64,000 bases of DNA from contig NC_087437.1 in NCBI RefSeq assembly GCF_036321535.1, positions 20,710,001 to 20,774,000 on the forward strand, written 5' to 3'. Numbering within the stretch: position 1 is the first letter of the stretch; each line of letters starts with the position of its first letter. This DNA comes from Camelus dromedarius (taxonomy: Eukaryota). A program made the translations under genes and the position numbers. Positions 12,921 through 25,560 of the stretch are shown here, piece by piece. The notes under the pieces are model-generated. The model did not search any database, had not been told where the DNA came from, and worked only from the letters and a program-made list of their open reading frames with translations.

Positions 12921-14233
12921 GTGGTCTTCTGTGGACGTTGAAAAAGGGCAGGCATGGAGTAGGGAGAGGCAGGCAGGCAGCAGTGGGGGTGGGAGCAAGT
13001 CTAAGAGGCCCCCTGAGGCAGGCACAGAGGACCAGAAGGGACGTGGGGACGCTCAGGGTGAATGTGGGAAGGGGGTTAACACCTGAGGGTGTGCTGGCAG
13101 GATGCTGAAAGACACCCCCCCCCCACCTTCTAAGAAGTGGGGGCAAAGTCATCTGTTGAGAGTACGAGGGAGGGGCAGGGATGGAGCTTGGAGATGTCCA
13201 CAGAGATCTGCCGTGGCACTTTGGGAAGAGAATTCCTGCGTCACCGTGGACCCAGCTGAGTTGTGTCCATGAGGTTATATTCTGCAGCTGGAGACAGCAG
13301 GATGTTCTTCAGCAGCTCTCAGCCAGGTGGAGATGAGCACAGAGGAGCAGACAACTGGATTCCTTTGGAACTGGGGATTTGGGGGCATTGGATAAGATGG
13401 CTTGACAGAGGGGCAAGGAGGTGGAAGTTACCACGAGAGGGTGGAAAGCTGTGTGAATAGCAGTGAAGCCTGGAGTGGCTGAGAGGGAGAAGCCTGCAGA
13501 CCTTGCTGAGGTGAGGGACAGGTGCAGCAAGAATGGGGGAGGGATGGATGGGGGCTGGGGTTAGAGGGTTAGAGAGTGTAACAGGTTGTTTCAGGCTGCG
13601 CGTATGGAAGGGGGCTAAGGCTACGTGATGGGGAGGCCTGGATGTGACTGTGGGAATGGGTGGCTCAGGGAGGAGCAGGCAAAGGTCATGGAAGACGCTA
13701 GGATATTGGGCAGGTCAGCCCTGTAGGCACTGGAATCCTGGGGCTGTTGACAGTACCTGGGATGAGGAAGTAGGCAGCCCGGAGGGCTTCACTATTCAGC
13801 CCTGAGCAGGGGCAGAGGGTGACATGGTTGTGGGCCAAACCCCAAAGAAGAGGGGATTTCATACCAGGTGTTTTGGGAGCAGCAGGAGGAGGAGTGGGGA
13901 GACCTGGGGTATAAGGCATGGAGGAGGTGAGTCCCCCAACTTGGTGGAAACCTGCAGGGGAAACAGGGGGCTAGAGAGTGAAGGCAGGTGGTGGAGGAAG
14001 CCTTCAGTAATTGGGGAAGGACCAAGGGGTGTGTTTTCTATGAAACAAGGGTTCCCAAGGGCTCAGTTTGAGAACCTGGCCATTCCCCACTGCCATGTGA
14101 CTGCCTGACTGCTCTGTCCTCTCCTAAGACAGGCGTAACTAATGGATCATCGCACTCTTCTTAGGTGAACCCTGAAGGGACCTCGAAGTCCTCAACACAG
14201 TTTTCCGAAAGAGTCATTGCCCACGGATTCAAT

Positions 14234-14440
14234 CGGGGTTCGGCAAACTACAGCCCCACAGGCCAATCTGACCCACTGCTCATTTCTGTAAGTAAGGCTT
14301 TATTGGAGCACGGCCACACCTGCTCATCTACTCACTGGCTGTGACCGCTTTCCTGCTACAAGGGCGAGAGTGTGTACCTGTGACAGCTGCTATAGCCCAG
14401 AAAACCTACAATGTTTACTGTCTGCCCCTTAAGAAAAATG
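14234..14440. mobile_element. MER58A hAT-Charlie DNA transposon
   Basis: GGGGTTCGGCAAACTACAGCCC...TAAGGCTTTATTGGAGCACGGCCACACC...TTTACTGTCTGCCCCTTAAGAAAAA is characteristic of MER58A. Confidence 0.75.
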
Positions 14441-14569
14441 TAGCTTGATCAGAGTGTGTATGAGAGATTAAACAGACTTGTTCTCCCTGGATTCGAGTAA
14501 TACCCTGCTCGGGACCAAGTACATTCTTTACAATTTTTCCTTCCTTTTGTTTCTTTTTTGGTGTTGAAA

Positions 14570-14850
14570 AAGTGTGTCTTGAAATAAATTGCCAAAAGTG
14601 CAGTATTTTTCAATGTACAGCCAATTAATTTTCACGTATGAATACATTCATGTAGCCACCACCCAGATCATGATGAAGTGTGTATCCAGCCCCCAGATGG
14701 TTCCTTTGTGTCCCTGCTCAGTCAGTATCCCCTCCCTGAGGTCACCTCCACTCTGACCTCTATGACTGTTACTTTTGCCTGTTCTTGAACTTCCTATGGA
14801 TGCAATGTTGGACTGTGGAGCCTTTTGTGTCTGACTTTTTTCATTCATGT
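14570..14850 (-). mobile_element. Old L1M 3'-UTR fragment
   Basis: GTAGCCACCACCCAGATCATG...TTTTGCCTGTTCTTGAACTTC...TTTTGTGTCTGACTTTTTTCATTCA resembles an antisense L1MB/ME 3' end. Confidence 0.6.
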
Positions 14851-16016
14851 ATGTATGTCTTTCAGCATCTGGCTCACACTAACCACACTCACAGGAGACT
14901 GATGTACCCCTTCCCCCGGAAGGGGGTATATTCACAGCAGTGGGATCCTGATCTGGAGTCAGGAAGTTTCTGAAGGTGTTAGTGTGCTAAGAAGGTAATG
15001 TTTTAATCATTCAGCTGCTTAGGAAGCATGGACCCTGAACCAGAGTCCTTAAATAATCTCCCATCCCACGGCCAAGGTCCCTCTCTGTGGCAGGTCTGCC
15101 CAGGATCCCTCTATCCAGGTCTCACCTCCTTGAACAATAACACAGTTTTCTCCCTGAACCCCTAGTTTTCTCTGCCACCCACCCTCTCTCTGTTGCCTGC
15201 TTTTTGAGCTGGGTTCATGACCCTGAATTAGCTGTAGTCTCTCTGTGCTACTCTGGTCAGCCCAGGAGACATCCCTGTGGGTTTCATTCATCAGATTTTA
15301 GGGTTCTGGGATCTTGCTGTTGTACACACCATAAGGGTTTGGTTTAGGACACACTGAGTTTCCATCACCTTTGGGGCATGTGAGTCCAACAGGAAAATAG
15401 ACACAAAAGGCAAGAGCTTAGGAAATCTAGCTGGACCAGAATTCAGATCTGGTCAAAGAAGTGGATGAGATCATTCAGGGTACATGAAGGGGAAGGCTGA
15501 GTTGTTGACCTTGCGGAACACATCAAAATTTTATGGCAGAGGCAGTAGAAGAGCAGGACCTAGAAAGAACCATGTAATTTTTGAAAATAAGAACATACTA
15601 ATCAATTGTACCAGCATGTAGTAATTATTCAGCACATTTGAATATTTGTTTCAGAAGGCTTTGTGCTGTTAGTGTTGGTACCTAGAAGAGCTTCCTGTGA
15701 ATTAGGCACCAGAAGGACTTTGGACCAGTCTGAGACCTTTGATTGTCCATTCTGACCCTAACCATCTCAGAGAATTATTTGAGGGAATCTCTTGGATTCT
15801 GGTCCCCAGAACTGGATAGCAACATTTACTTGGACATCCCCCAGTGAGACTGAGACGTGTGATTGCATAAATGAGAACTCAAGAGCAGTGGAGGACTTGG
15901 TGCTTGCAGAAAGGTACCCAACTTTGTGCAGAGAACAAAGATTAGATGTTATGAAGACAGAGGCCATGTCTGCCTCGTCTCCAGTTTTCCATTACAACAT
16001 CTGGCTCTGGTGCTCA

Positions 16017-16215
16017 ATGGATGGATGGATGGATGGATGGATGGATGGATGGATGGATGGATGGAATGATGAATAAATAAATGAATGGATGGATAAATGG
16101 ATGAATGAGTGGCTGAATGAATGAGTGAGTGGATGCATAGATGGATGGATGGTTGAGTGATTGGATGTTGAGTGGATAGATGGGTTGGGTGGATTAATGG
16201 ATGGATAAGGGGTGG
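16017..16215. repeat. (GGAT)n tetranucleotide microsatellite with degenerate extension
   Basis: About 12 perfect ATGG units from 16017, then degenerate GAAT/GGAT units. Confidence 0.9.
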
Positions 16216-17049
16216 ATTGAGGACAGGGTGAGGTTTTAGTCACCTGTTTTCCAATATGGTTAGGTTTGCTGCTTTCCCCCTCTGCTGTGGCCCAAGCCAG
16301 CCGGACCCACTAAGAAAACATAGAGGCCCTTTACTTAATCCCTTTAACTTCAAGGATAATACAGATTTCTCTTTGAAACCCGAGGTTTATGTTTACCTAA
16401 CAAAATATTGTGTGTGTGGAACTCAAACCTTACAAAAAGTAAGATTAAGGGAGTAATAATAAATGTAAATATAAAAACTTCTGATATATTTATATAGTCT
16501 CTGAAAGAATATGCTAGAGTACCAGTCAAAACACAAAACAAAACAAACCACCATCTTAATGGAATCTGAAACATTTTAGATTAGCAATAATGTGTCCTAT
16601 ATAATTAATTTACAAGAAGTATTTTCAGAATCCTTCCTTCTCTTAAATTTCAAAAAGAGACCTATAAATTGACAAAAAAAGATTCCTGTACATCTACTTG
16701 CCTTCCTGCAAATACTGTGCATCTGAAATGCACTGTTTTCATCTGTCTTTCTGACATGACCAGGGCCCCCAGGTCATGACTGGAGCGACTCACCATTTGT
16801 CCTGCCTCCGTTCTAATGGGGCTCCTGAGTGTGGGAAAAGGACTCAGGAGTCCAAGCACATAGACCAGCCTTTTGAATTAGAGGGATGCAAAGTTGGGGA
16901 GGGATTTCTGCACCTGTGCCATCTGCTCCACAGGGTTTCTGGGAGAATCCCTGACAAAAAATAGATGAGAGGCTCTTTGTCACTCTCCAGGTCCTGTGTA
17001 GCTTCTGGGAAGTTCATGTTGTGACTATTAGAAGAGAGTCATCCTTCCA

Positions 17050-17546
17050 GATAGATGCTCACTCACAGGTCAGATGATGTCACTTACCTGCTCAGATGGC
17101 TCAGGCACGTCCTTTCACATGGTGAATGTAAGCAAAGCCCTCCCTATGGCCTACAGGACCATCTGTGATCTGACCCCACTAACTCTCTGAGCTCAACTCT
17201 CCACTCCCTCCACTAACTGGGGTTCAACCTGCCAAGCTTGATCCTACCCCAGGATCTTTGGACTTCCTAGTCCTACTCTGCCTGGAATGCTCCTCCTTCT
17301 GCCCATTTCTTCAGTTCTCTGCTCAAATGCTCCCTTCTCACAGAGAACCTTACTCATCAATCCTTCATAAAATACCATCCACCTCCTCCTGTGTTCCCTT
17401 GCCTTAATTTCCTTTTCTTCATGGCAATAATTTATTAATTTACTTATTGCCCATCTCCTCAACTGGTAAGAAATGTCCATGAAGGCAGTGAACTGTCTGT
17501 TTTGTCCACTAGTGTGTCCATGGCACTTAGCACATCAGTGGGTGCT
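17050..17546 (+). mobile_element. L2 LINE 3' portion
   Basis: CTCTGCCTGGAATGCTCC...TCTGCTCAAATG...GTCCATGAAGGCAG...GCACATCAGTGGGTGCT is a typical L2 3' end. The tail resumes after the MLT1 at about 18118. Confidence 0.65.
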
Positions 17547-18117
17547 TGTGTTAGTTATGTATTGCTGTGTAACAATGCATCACAAAGGTAGTGCCTTAAA
17601 ATAACACGCATTTATTATCTCAGTGTTTGTGTGAGTCAAGAATCCAGGCATGGCTTAGCTGAGTCTTCTGACCCAGGATTTCTCATGAGGCTGCAAACCA
17701 GGAGCTGGCCGGGGGTTGAGTCTCATCTGAAGGCATAATTGGGGAAGAATCTAGTTCCAAGTTCACGTGGTTGTTGGCAGGATTCAGTTCCTTGTGGGTT
17801 GTTGGAATGAGGGCCTCAGTTCCTTTCTGGCTGTTGGCTGGAGCCTATCCTCAGTTGCTAGGGGGTCTCTCCATAGCCTAGCTCACCAAATGACGTCTTG
17901 CTTCATCAAAGCCAGTGAGGGAGAGAGTCAGCTAACAGGACAGAAGTTACGTTTTCTGCAACGTAATCACAGAAGTGTCATCTCATCTCCTTTGCCATAT
18001 TCTATTAGTTAGAAGCAAGTCACAAGTCTTGTCTCACTCAAGGTGAGGAGATTACATGAGGTGTGAATACCAGGAGGTGGGGTTCCCTGAGGGGCATTTT
18101 ATAGTCCATCTGCCACA
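17547..18117 (-). mobile_element. MLT1 (MaLR) solo LTR, near full length
   Basis: TG...CA termini: TGTGTTAGTTATGTATTGCTGTGTAAC...CATTTATTATCTCA...GGCAGGATTCAGTTCCTTGTGG...CTGCCACA. Confidence 0.8.
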
Positions 18118-19834
18118 TTTTTTGTTCAATGAACAGCAAATATTGCTAAATTCAAAGTTAAAAAGTGACACTGGGCAGGAGAGCTGTAAGATTTAAGATT
18201 CTTCCCACTCCTTTCTTGTACAATGTAGAATTTCTGTGAAACTTACTTGTTCTTTTCCCAGCTTCCCTCTGATGCTTTTTGATCAGCCTGGTCTGCTTGC
18301 CTTTTGGGCAGGGTTTTGAGGATTCACTCAAGAGAAGTGACCCACACACAACCCAGGCCTTTCAAAATTTATAACCCAAAGATCACCATTCACAGAGAGT
18401 TTATTCCTTATCCCCCAGGATCTCTGGAATTAATGAGTTGCATCCTTATTTATTCCATCCTGGAAGTGGTGTTCTTCTTGAATGGGCACTTTGCATTTAT
18501 GAGGCCTTGCTGCTAGCCAAGTTAATAATGCATCTAATAAAATAAAAAAGAAAGACATTGTTCAATCGGGTAGATCTTATTAATATGATTCAATTTTAAA
18601 AGGGCCATTACTTCAGAGTCTTGATGTCTGGGATGCTGTTAAAGAATTTTTTTTCAGAGTCACCATGACAACAGAGCGAACCCCCCCCCCCCAACACACA
18701 CACATGCACTCCCTTGAATCAATTACAGATTTGTCCATGTAAGAGACTGGAACAGATGCAGCTTATAGGGGATTCTTTTCTGCCTCCTTTGGCAAAAGCC
18801 CTGGCTTGTTGTCCAGAGTGAGCAGGAGTCTCAGATCCATCAATATTTACTGATGAACTCGTCGCCATTCATTAACAGGGACTTGACCAGCAGACATTTA
18901 TTGATCGCATGTGCAGGCCACTCTGAGGGATTCAGAGCCATCACCATCTCAGAAACTCACAGGCCATCACAGGGACTACTCACAGCCACGTGAGGTAGCA
19001 GGAGCCCAGTGGGCTCCACCTCAGGGTGGTTCAGACCCTGCTTAGGAACCTAGGACCTGCACAGTGGACCCTGCTGAAGATTCATGATGTCATGACATGC
19101 ACCCTGGAAAGTTCTGACCTGTGAGGGGGGTCCTTGATCTGTGTGGAAGGGCTGCACTGATGCGAGGCATGAGATAGGCAGGGCCAAGGAAAACCTACCC
19201 TGGACCTTAATTTTATACAACCTCAACCCCCAAATTGCTGGGTCACCCCCACATGTCACTTAACCTCTCTAGCCATTATTTTTATCCTTTACATGAAACG
19301 GGATTACACTTTTTTCCTGCTGAACCCACAGTGATCACACTGCGATCTGTTGCTTGTTTGACCCTACATCTCCCCAGACAGGACTTGGAAGCTGCTCAGG
19401 TAGTGATTATTCACTGTTGTCTTCGAGGTGCTCAGTGCAGTGCTGGGCATGTCCTAGGCATTCGAGAAATGAATGAATGGGGCTTGGAGGCTTCTTGCAA
19501 CCACTCCACTCTTTGCCCATCCCTCCAGACTGCCCTTATGCTGGCCTCTCACTCTTCCAAAGGGACTTGGGTTGACCGCACCTGTGGTTCTCCGGGACAG
19601 CAGGGAGCACCCCAGTTGTCCCAGAACTGCTTCCCACCCTACTCCAGGCTATAGCTCAACTCAACTTCTCTGATTTGGAACATTTTGCAACCCAGGGAGT
19701 ATCCCAGGGAGTGGAATGCGGTGTTGAAGCCAGATATGATGGATAGAGAGAAGGGGGCAAGGGAGGGAAGAGTTAGGGCTGTTTAGCTTCTTGTTCCCTG
19801 TAGGACATGTTAGAATATGCTGAGAACTCAAAGG

Positions 19835-20302
19835 AGAAATAATCAAGGAGATGTCAACCATTCAGTCAATAATTGATAGGAAAAAAAAAAGAAAGAAAAT
19901 TAGTGAGGATCTGAAAGAGCTGAAAAACACTATTAGCCAGATTGACCTAACTCACATTTGTAGGACCCTCCACCCACCAACAGCAAAATGTATACATTCT
20001 TTTCCAGAGCACACAGGACTTTATCAACTTAGACTATATTATGGACCATAAATTAGTCTCAACAACTTTAAAAAGAACAAAATCATGGTGTTCTCTGACA
20101 AGAGTGGAATAAAATCAGAAATGAATATCAGAAATACAGCTGGCAGCTCCCCCACATATTCAGAAACTAAACACACTATCAAATACCCCACGGCTCAAAG
20201 AGAAATTAGAAAGTATTTTGAGCCAAATGTAAATGAAAACAACCTATCAGCATTGTGGGGTGCAGTTCAAGCAATGAATGAAAGGAAATGTATAGCATTC
20301 TA
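19835..20302 (+). mobile_element. L1 ORF2 fragment (endonuclease C-terminal region), frameshifted
   Basis: ORFs 19851-20051 (KISEDLKELKNTISQIDLTHICRTLHP) and 20085-20303 (FSDKSGIKSEMN...EIRKYFE...LWGAVQA) resemble L1 ORF2p. The reading frame is disrupted. Confidence 0.8.
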
Positions 20303-22869
20303 AGACTGTTTTCTAGCTTCCATCTTTTCTGTTTTGGGTCCTAACTGGGAGTTTGGGGTGTTAGCTGGGCCCTACTTCTCTCATTGGCACTTGACCTCCA
20401 GTTTTTTTTTGTCTCTCAAGCGGCCATGAGATTGAAGAAAACCCCACCATGACCCCACTCTCCTCTTGGCTCCTAATTGTGAAATGAGAGGGACAGGCTC
20501 TTGGTCCGCTCATCCATTCATCCAATTTTTGTAAGTAGGTTTCAGGCACTGTTGAAGATGAAATAGCCAGAATCCTTGCTGTCCTTTTACGATTTCTAAA
20601 TAAGATTTGTGTGAGTTCATTGAGTGCTTGTTTGTTTTCTTTTTTCCTCAGAAACATCTTTCAGTGGGGGTCAGAGTTAGGGGACAAAAATGAAGATTGA
20701 GATCTATGATTCAGTAAACTATTTCAGTTCTTTGTGATTTTTTTTTTTTTTTGGCTGGTCAGATTTGAAGCCATCTCTTATTTTTATTTAACGTGGTTAT
20801 TTTGTGTTCTGTTCTTCTGGATTTGCCTTTCTAATTGGATTTCGCCCAGATAGATGGTAAAATGAGTTTGCCTTCCCCGGTTGCTCGGGGAGGGCAAGGG
20901 GCTAGTATAATAAGCCTGCTGGGGCGGGGAGAAGGGATTGCAGCTGGTAGCAAGCACGATGAGTCATGCATACATAAATAATAGAGGACAGACCACCCTG
21001 GCGCTGGGAGGCTGGACTGCAGTTTTTAAAAATATACATGTGTTAGGAAGAGTGCAGTGTTTTTGAAAGGACCTAAGAAATGACCTTAACCTTTTGCAAG
21101 ATATTTATCTCCCTGAGGCCCTGGGGTGGCCAGTGGAGGGGTGGAAGCATGTGTGGGACAGTCCTCTGGCTTTCAATCTTAGTTTGATGTTTAATATATT
21201 ATTTGACGCAAACTTATTGTGAATAATTTAAGTTTTCATCTTTCTGTGTACTTGGTTTTTTCCCAAGTTTTAACAACAAGTGGGTACTTTGATGATCTGA
21301 GAAAGAAACCCCACGGTAATTGGAACTTTAAAATAATATTCGTAACCAAGATATCGTGGTGGGCACAAAAGAAGTGTTTTTGTACAGATGTATAAATGCT
21401 GTTGGGAGGCAGGGTGATGGGAGGCACAGACCCTTGGAACTTAGAACCCGGCGCTAATAAACCACTGCCCCTCCCCCCCCAGTGGCCTCCCTGATACCTT
21501 TGAGTTACCTTCGTGTCTGTCCTAGACTGCTTGTCTTCCCCGAGTCAACCCTTCAAGGTGGGGACAGTAGCCCATTGTTTCTCTAAGTCTACAGTGCGGG
21601 ACAAAGGAGGCTGTACAAATATTTACTCAGCTTTTTTACTCAGTGGATGGAAGCTGAATTGAAGAAGGGCACCTGCCCCCAGCAGCTCCAGGCCGGGACT
21701 GCTTGGGTGAAATGGCAGCAAGAGCTGCCTGGCAGAATATTCATGACTGGGTGAGTCTGGGACTATTTTTATAAGGTGGGAGGTTCAACCTTCAGCAAAT
21801 TCTGAGAGTTTCCCTGGGGGCCACAATGTGTGTGGGAGAAGGACGAAAGCTGGGAATAGAAGGGGAGAGCACGGTTACGAGCAGATGGCCCTGCGCTTTT
21901 TCTCTTCTACTCTGTTTTACGGTCATCAGTGAGCACAGCTTGCTCCTCTGTCAGATGGATATTACGATGGTAGGTACTATTTTGCAGGGACAAATGTACC
22001 AGGCACTGTGCTATAGGCTTGGGTTACTCAGGAAGTGATAGAAAAACCCATTCAATTTGCTTGGGGAAAAGCAAGGATACACTGAACATGTACTTGAAAA
22101 ATCCAGGGCCTGGTTTCGACAGCAATCTGCCTCTCTCTCATCTCTGCCTTCCTCTGGGTCGGCTCCAGTCTCTGGCACAGCCTCCCAGTTGCTGGCCAGG
22201 GCGCCACCAGCTGCTTCAGGCTACATCTTATCTCCTCAACCACCACAGAGGAAAGAGGTTTAATGGGGGTAATGGTTTTGAGATGCTTCCCCAGGTCTTT
22301 TTTCCCTGTAGGAACCTTTCTTTTTTCTTTCCTTGTAGCCACTTCCTCCTTTAAGTTTTAACCAAGAGGTGTTACTGCCCTGGGGCAGGGAAAGGTGGGT
22401 ACCACTCAGAACCCACAGCCCACAGGGAGGAGGGAGAGGACACCTCCTCCAGGATGGAAAGGGAAATCAAAGCCATCAGAGAACAGGGAAAGTGTGGAAA
22501 GAGACTGAGAGGGTGAGTCTAGGGAGAGCATGATGCCCAGTTCTGAGGGGCCTGAGGCCACCTCCGTACCAAGTCTTGACCTAGGGTGGTGCAAAGACAG
22601 AGACCCCAGACAGGTTGAGGAGGAGGCTGTAAGCAGAGAGGGTCTGTACCCACTTCCTCTTTGGAACTCTGCCCCACAAAATGCCCTGTGCCAGCACCAG
22701 AGGGCTGCAGCACGGTGGAGTGGAGTGTGGCAAATTTAGTGGGGAAGTGGTTAGACATGGTGCCCCCGCATCACTCTCAGTCCCGCTGTGACAGAGGAGG
22801 GATCCAGGAGCAGGCACTTTTTCCCTGTGGGGAAGAGAAGGTAGCAGAGAGAGGGAGCCACAGGAGGGG

Positions 22870-23220
22870 GTCACAGTGACTGGGAGAACAGGATAGACAA
22901 GTGAACCAATCCTGCCAACCAGAGTCAGACCCAAGGCTTGCAGGAATGGTGGACAAAGAGAAGCTGTTTTTCTGCTGGACTTGTTGTGCAAAGTTGTGAG
23001 CCTGGCTCTGCTAGGGTCTCATGTGGAGCCTGAGAGTATAGTGCCCATGGGAGGAAGCAAAGCCTGGAGATGGAGAGCTCCCAAAGTCTTCAGTTTCCGG
23101 AACTAAATCCAGGCCTGAAGCAGAGACACCCTGAGCTTTTAACTTATGTACGTCAATCAATTCCTTTTTGTTTAAGCAAGTGTGAATTGGGTTGTCTCTC
23201 ATTTACAGCAGAAAGCCCCC
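22870..23220 (+). mobile_element. MLT1-type LTR remnant
   Basis: Ends TTTTTGTTTAAGCAAGTGTGAATTGGGTTGTCTCTCATTTACAGC, like an MLT1 3' terminus. Confidence 0.45.
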
Positions 23221-24249
23221 TAACTTGTGTAGGGAAGAGGGAGGCAGCGCCAGGAAAGGGGTAGAGCCTGGGATTGGTGAGAGGACCATCAGCAGAGCCC
23301 TGGGAGGAAAGGAGATGTGTTGGGTGGAACTGAGTCACGTGGGAGAGCCTGGAGTGATGCTAAAGGGGACAGTGAAACAATTTTGTGCTGGGAGGCACAG
23401 TTCGTGACTGGGAGGGGTTGTGTCAGTGGTCAGGGCAGGAAGCAGCTGAGGACAGCCTGGCATCTCAGGAATGTGGTGAGAAAGGCAGGTTTATAAGCAA
23501 AGGCTTATAAAGGGCATTGAGCCATCAGGTGAGGAAGGCATCCCAGTGTCTGCAGGAATGGTGAGACCATAAGAGCAGATGAGGTTGGGAGCTGGGAAGA
23601 GCTGGGAAGATAGAATTTGGTGTTGGGAGTGCTGAATTAAGACGGAAAGTTCTAGGCAGAAAACCAGAGAATAGGTAGAAATATGGGATATCTCGGTGTA
23701 GAGTGTGGATTGGGAGCCATCAAATACAGGAGTGAAAGAAGAGGCCAAGGGAGACGCTCCTTCACAAAGTGCGCCGGGAAAGTCAATAGTAAATATTCAT
23801 GAGCCTGTTTTGCGCAAGACCAGTTGTGCTGGGGCACGTAGGGGTCACAGTAGACTTCTGACACCAAAGTCCTCTCTTGACAGTCGCAGTTGGCGAGATC
23901 ATCTCGCGCGGAGAAATCAGGTAGGAATCACCACCATCTGAAACCCAACATTTGAAAGAAATGACCCCCAAATACCGCATCAAATCAAGTTCAACTGAGC
24001 GCCTCACGGGTGTCTAACGGAGTTACCGAATCATTCAAGTGCTCTATGGTTCTCCAGTAACTCGAGAACGCTGAGAGCCACGGGGTGGGGATGGGTTGGA
24101 GAGGCAGGCTGCCCAGACCTCCCCAGAGTGCAGCATCGAGGTCTAGAGTTGACACACAGGGCCGGATGTGGTAGGAGCAGGAAGGGACACGTGGAGTGGG
24201 CTAGGGGGTGGGGCAGCAAGGTGGTGAGAATTGTGACAGTTTGAGTCCA

Positions 24250-25560
24250 CGCGGCAGCAGTCACCCGGCAGTGGCAGCCCCCAAACACTCACGCCCAGCC
24301 CAGCACAAAACCCACAGGCACCCACACTAGGTCCCCAGGTCCGGGCGGTGTCGGTGCACCGCCGTCTAGGCGTGCGTCCACGCAATCCCTGATCCCGAGG
24401 TGGCCGCGGTCCCGGCGCACTCAGGGTGCCCGTGACCCTGGCTTTCGCAAGCCAGGATCTCTGCAGACTGGCCAGTCTCTGGGGCCTGTGTTTGGCCTCC
24501 TCCACGCAGTGTCTTCTCCGCAGTCGCTTCCGCTCCCTTCGGGCCAGCGGGGCCGCACCGCATCGCCGCCTCCGGGGCGGAGCTCGAGGCGGGGCGGGCC
24601 GAGCCCAGGGCGCAGCGAGGGCAGTAGGGGGCGCTGCGGGATGCCGCGCTGTTCTGTGGCGGGTGTGAGCTTCCCTCGCTTTCCCCGCGCCGGGCGGAGT
24701 AGGCGGTGAGCGCCGAACCCGGCGCGCAGCTGTGGGGCCGGGGCCCGGCCGGCACCATGGGCGGTGAGTGCCGCGTGGGCCGCGGCGGGGTGGTTGCAGT
24801 TGAGGCTGAGCGGCGCGGAGGCTCGAGGCGGGCGAGTTTCCCGGGGTGCAGGGCTCGGAGACCTAGGGGGTCCTCTGGACGCGCCCGGCAGTGTCTCCGG
24901 TGGGAGACGGGTTGGGGGGTCGGGGGCGGGCTTCCAAGCACGGGGTCTGGACCTGGTGACTAAGCTTCCTCATGCATCTCTGCCCTCTCCCCAGCCCCCA
25001 GCCCCCGACTAGTTCCCTCTTCCCAAGCCACCCCCCACCCCCACGCGTCGGGATCCCTGCTCCCGCCTCCTAATCTGCCGCTCCCTTTCCTTTCCCCAGC
25101 GCCCCCTAACCCGGCCTACGATTCCTCCACCCTTTCCCCAAGCCCCTGCCCCGCACCTCCCGGCGGGTGCCTCCCCTAACCCCCGCTGCCTCCTGCTTCT
25201 CCACCTCCAGCTCTGCTCCTCGCCTGCCTCGCCTGCCTCCATCCGCGTCCCCGCCCCTCCAGCCCGCTCCCGCTCGGCCCCCGCACTCCTGCCGCCTGAT
25301 TCCTGCCCAAACTGGAGCTCCCAGGATCCCCCTTCCCCAGCAATTCCGAGGCTGCTGGTCTCCAGGTAAGGAAGCGGCGGCGGTGGCAACTTCCCCGCGG
25401 CCTTCCTCGGGGGTGGGGCCAGCTCCTCCCGTCAGCTACCTGCGCGGGGCGCCCCCGGGAGTCCCGGAGCCCCGCGGAGGGGCCGCTCCACGCGCGCGTT
25501 AACGTTCCTGGGTGCTCAGCTTAACTGCGTGGTTTACCCCCAACGGCGTTGCTTTTGCTC
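24250..25560 (+). promoter_or_regulatory. PXYLP1: CpG island and promoter of PXYLP1
   Basis: Very high GC and CpG density over about 1.3 kb, multiple GC boxes (GGGCGG near 24575-24598), a CTCF-like GCAGTAGGGGGCGC at 24621-24634, and internal splice donors. It is the only large island upstream of the coding exon. Confidence 0.85.
24640..24763 (+). other. PXYLP1: PXYLP1 exon 1 (5' leader); TSS approximate
   Basis: Donor GCG|GTGAGT at 24763/24764 just downstream of the GC boxes. The start is estimated, not seen. Confidence 0.65.

Noticed and set aside
16017..16215. CRISPR-like or coding repeat array
   Set aside because: A simple GGAT microsatellite in eukaryotic DNA, with no repeat-spacer structure.
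23780..23820. C/EBP palindrome TTGCGCAA (23810-23817) and FOX-like GTAAATA upstream of the island
   Set aside because: Short isolated motifs that cannot be distinguished from chance without conservation or binding data.
24143..25502. Overlapping G/R/P/A-rich ORFs in the CpG island
   Set aside because: Expected from stop-codon scarcity in GC-rich DNA.
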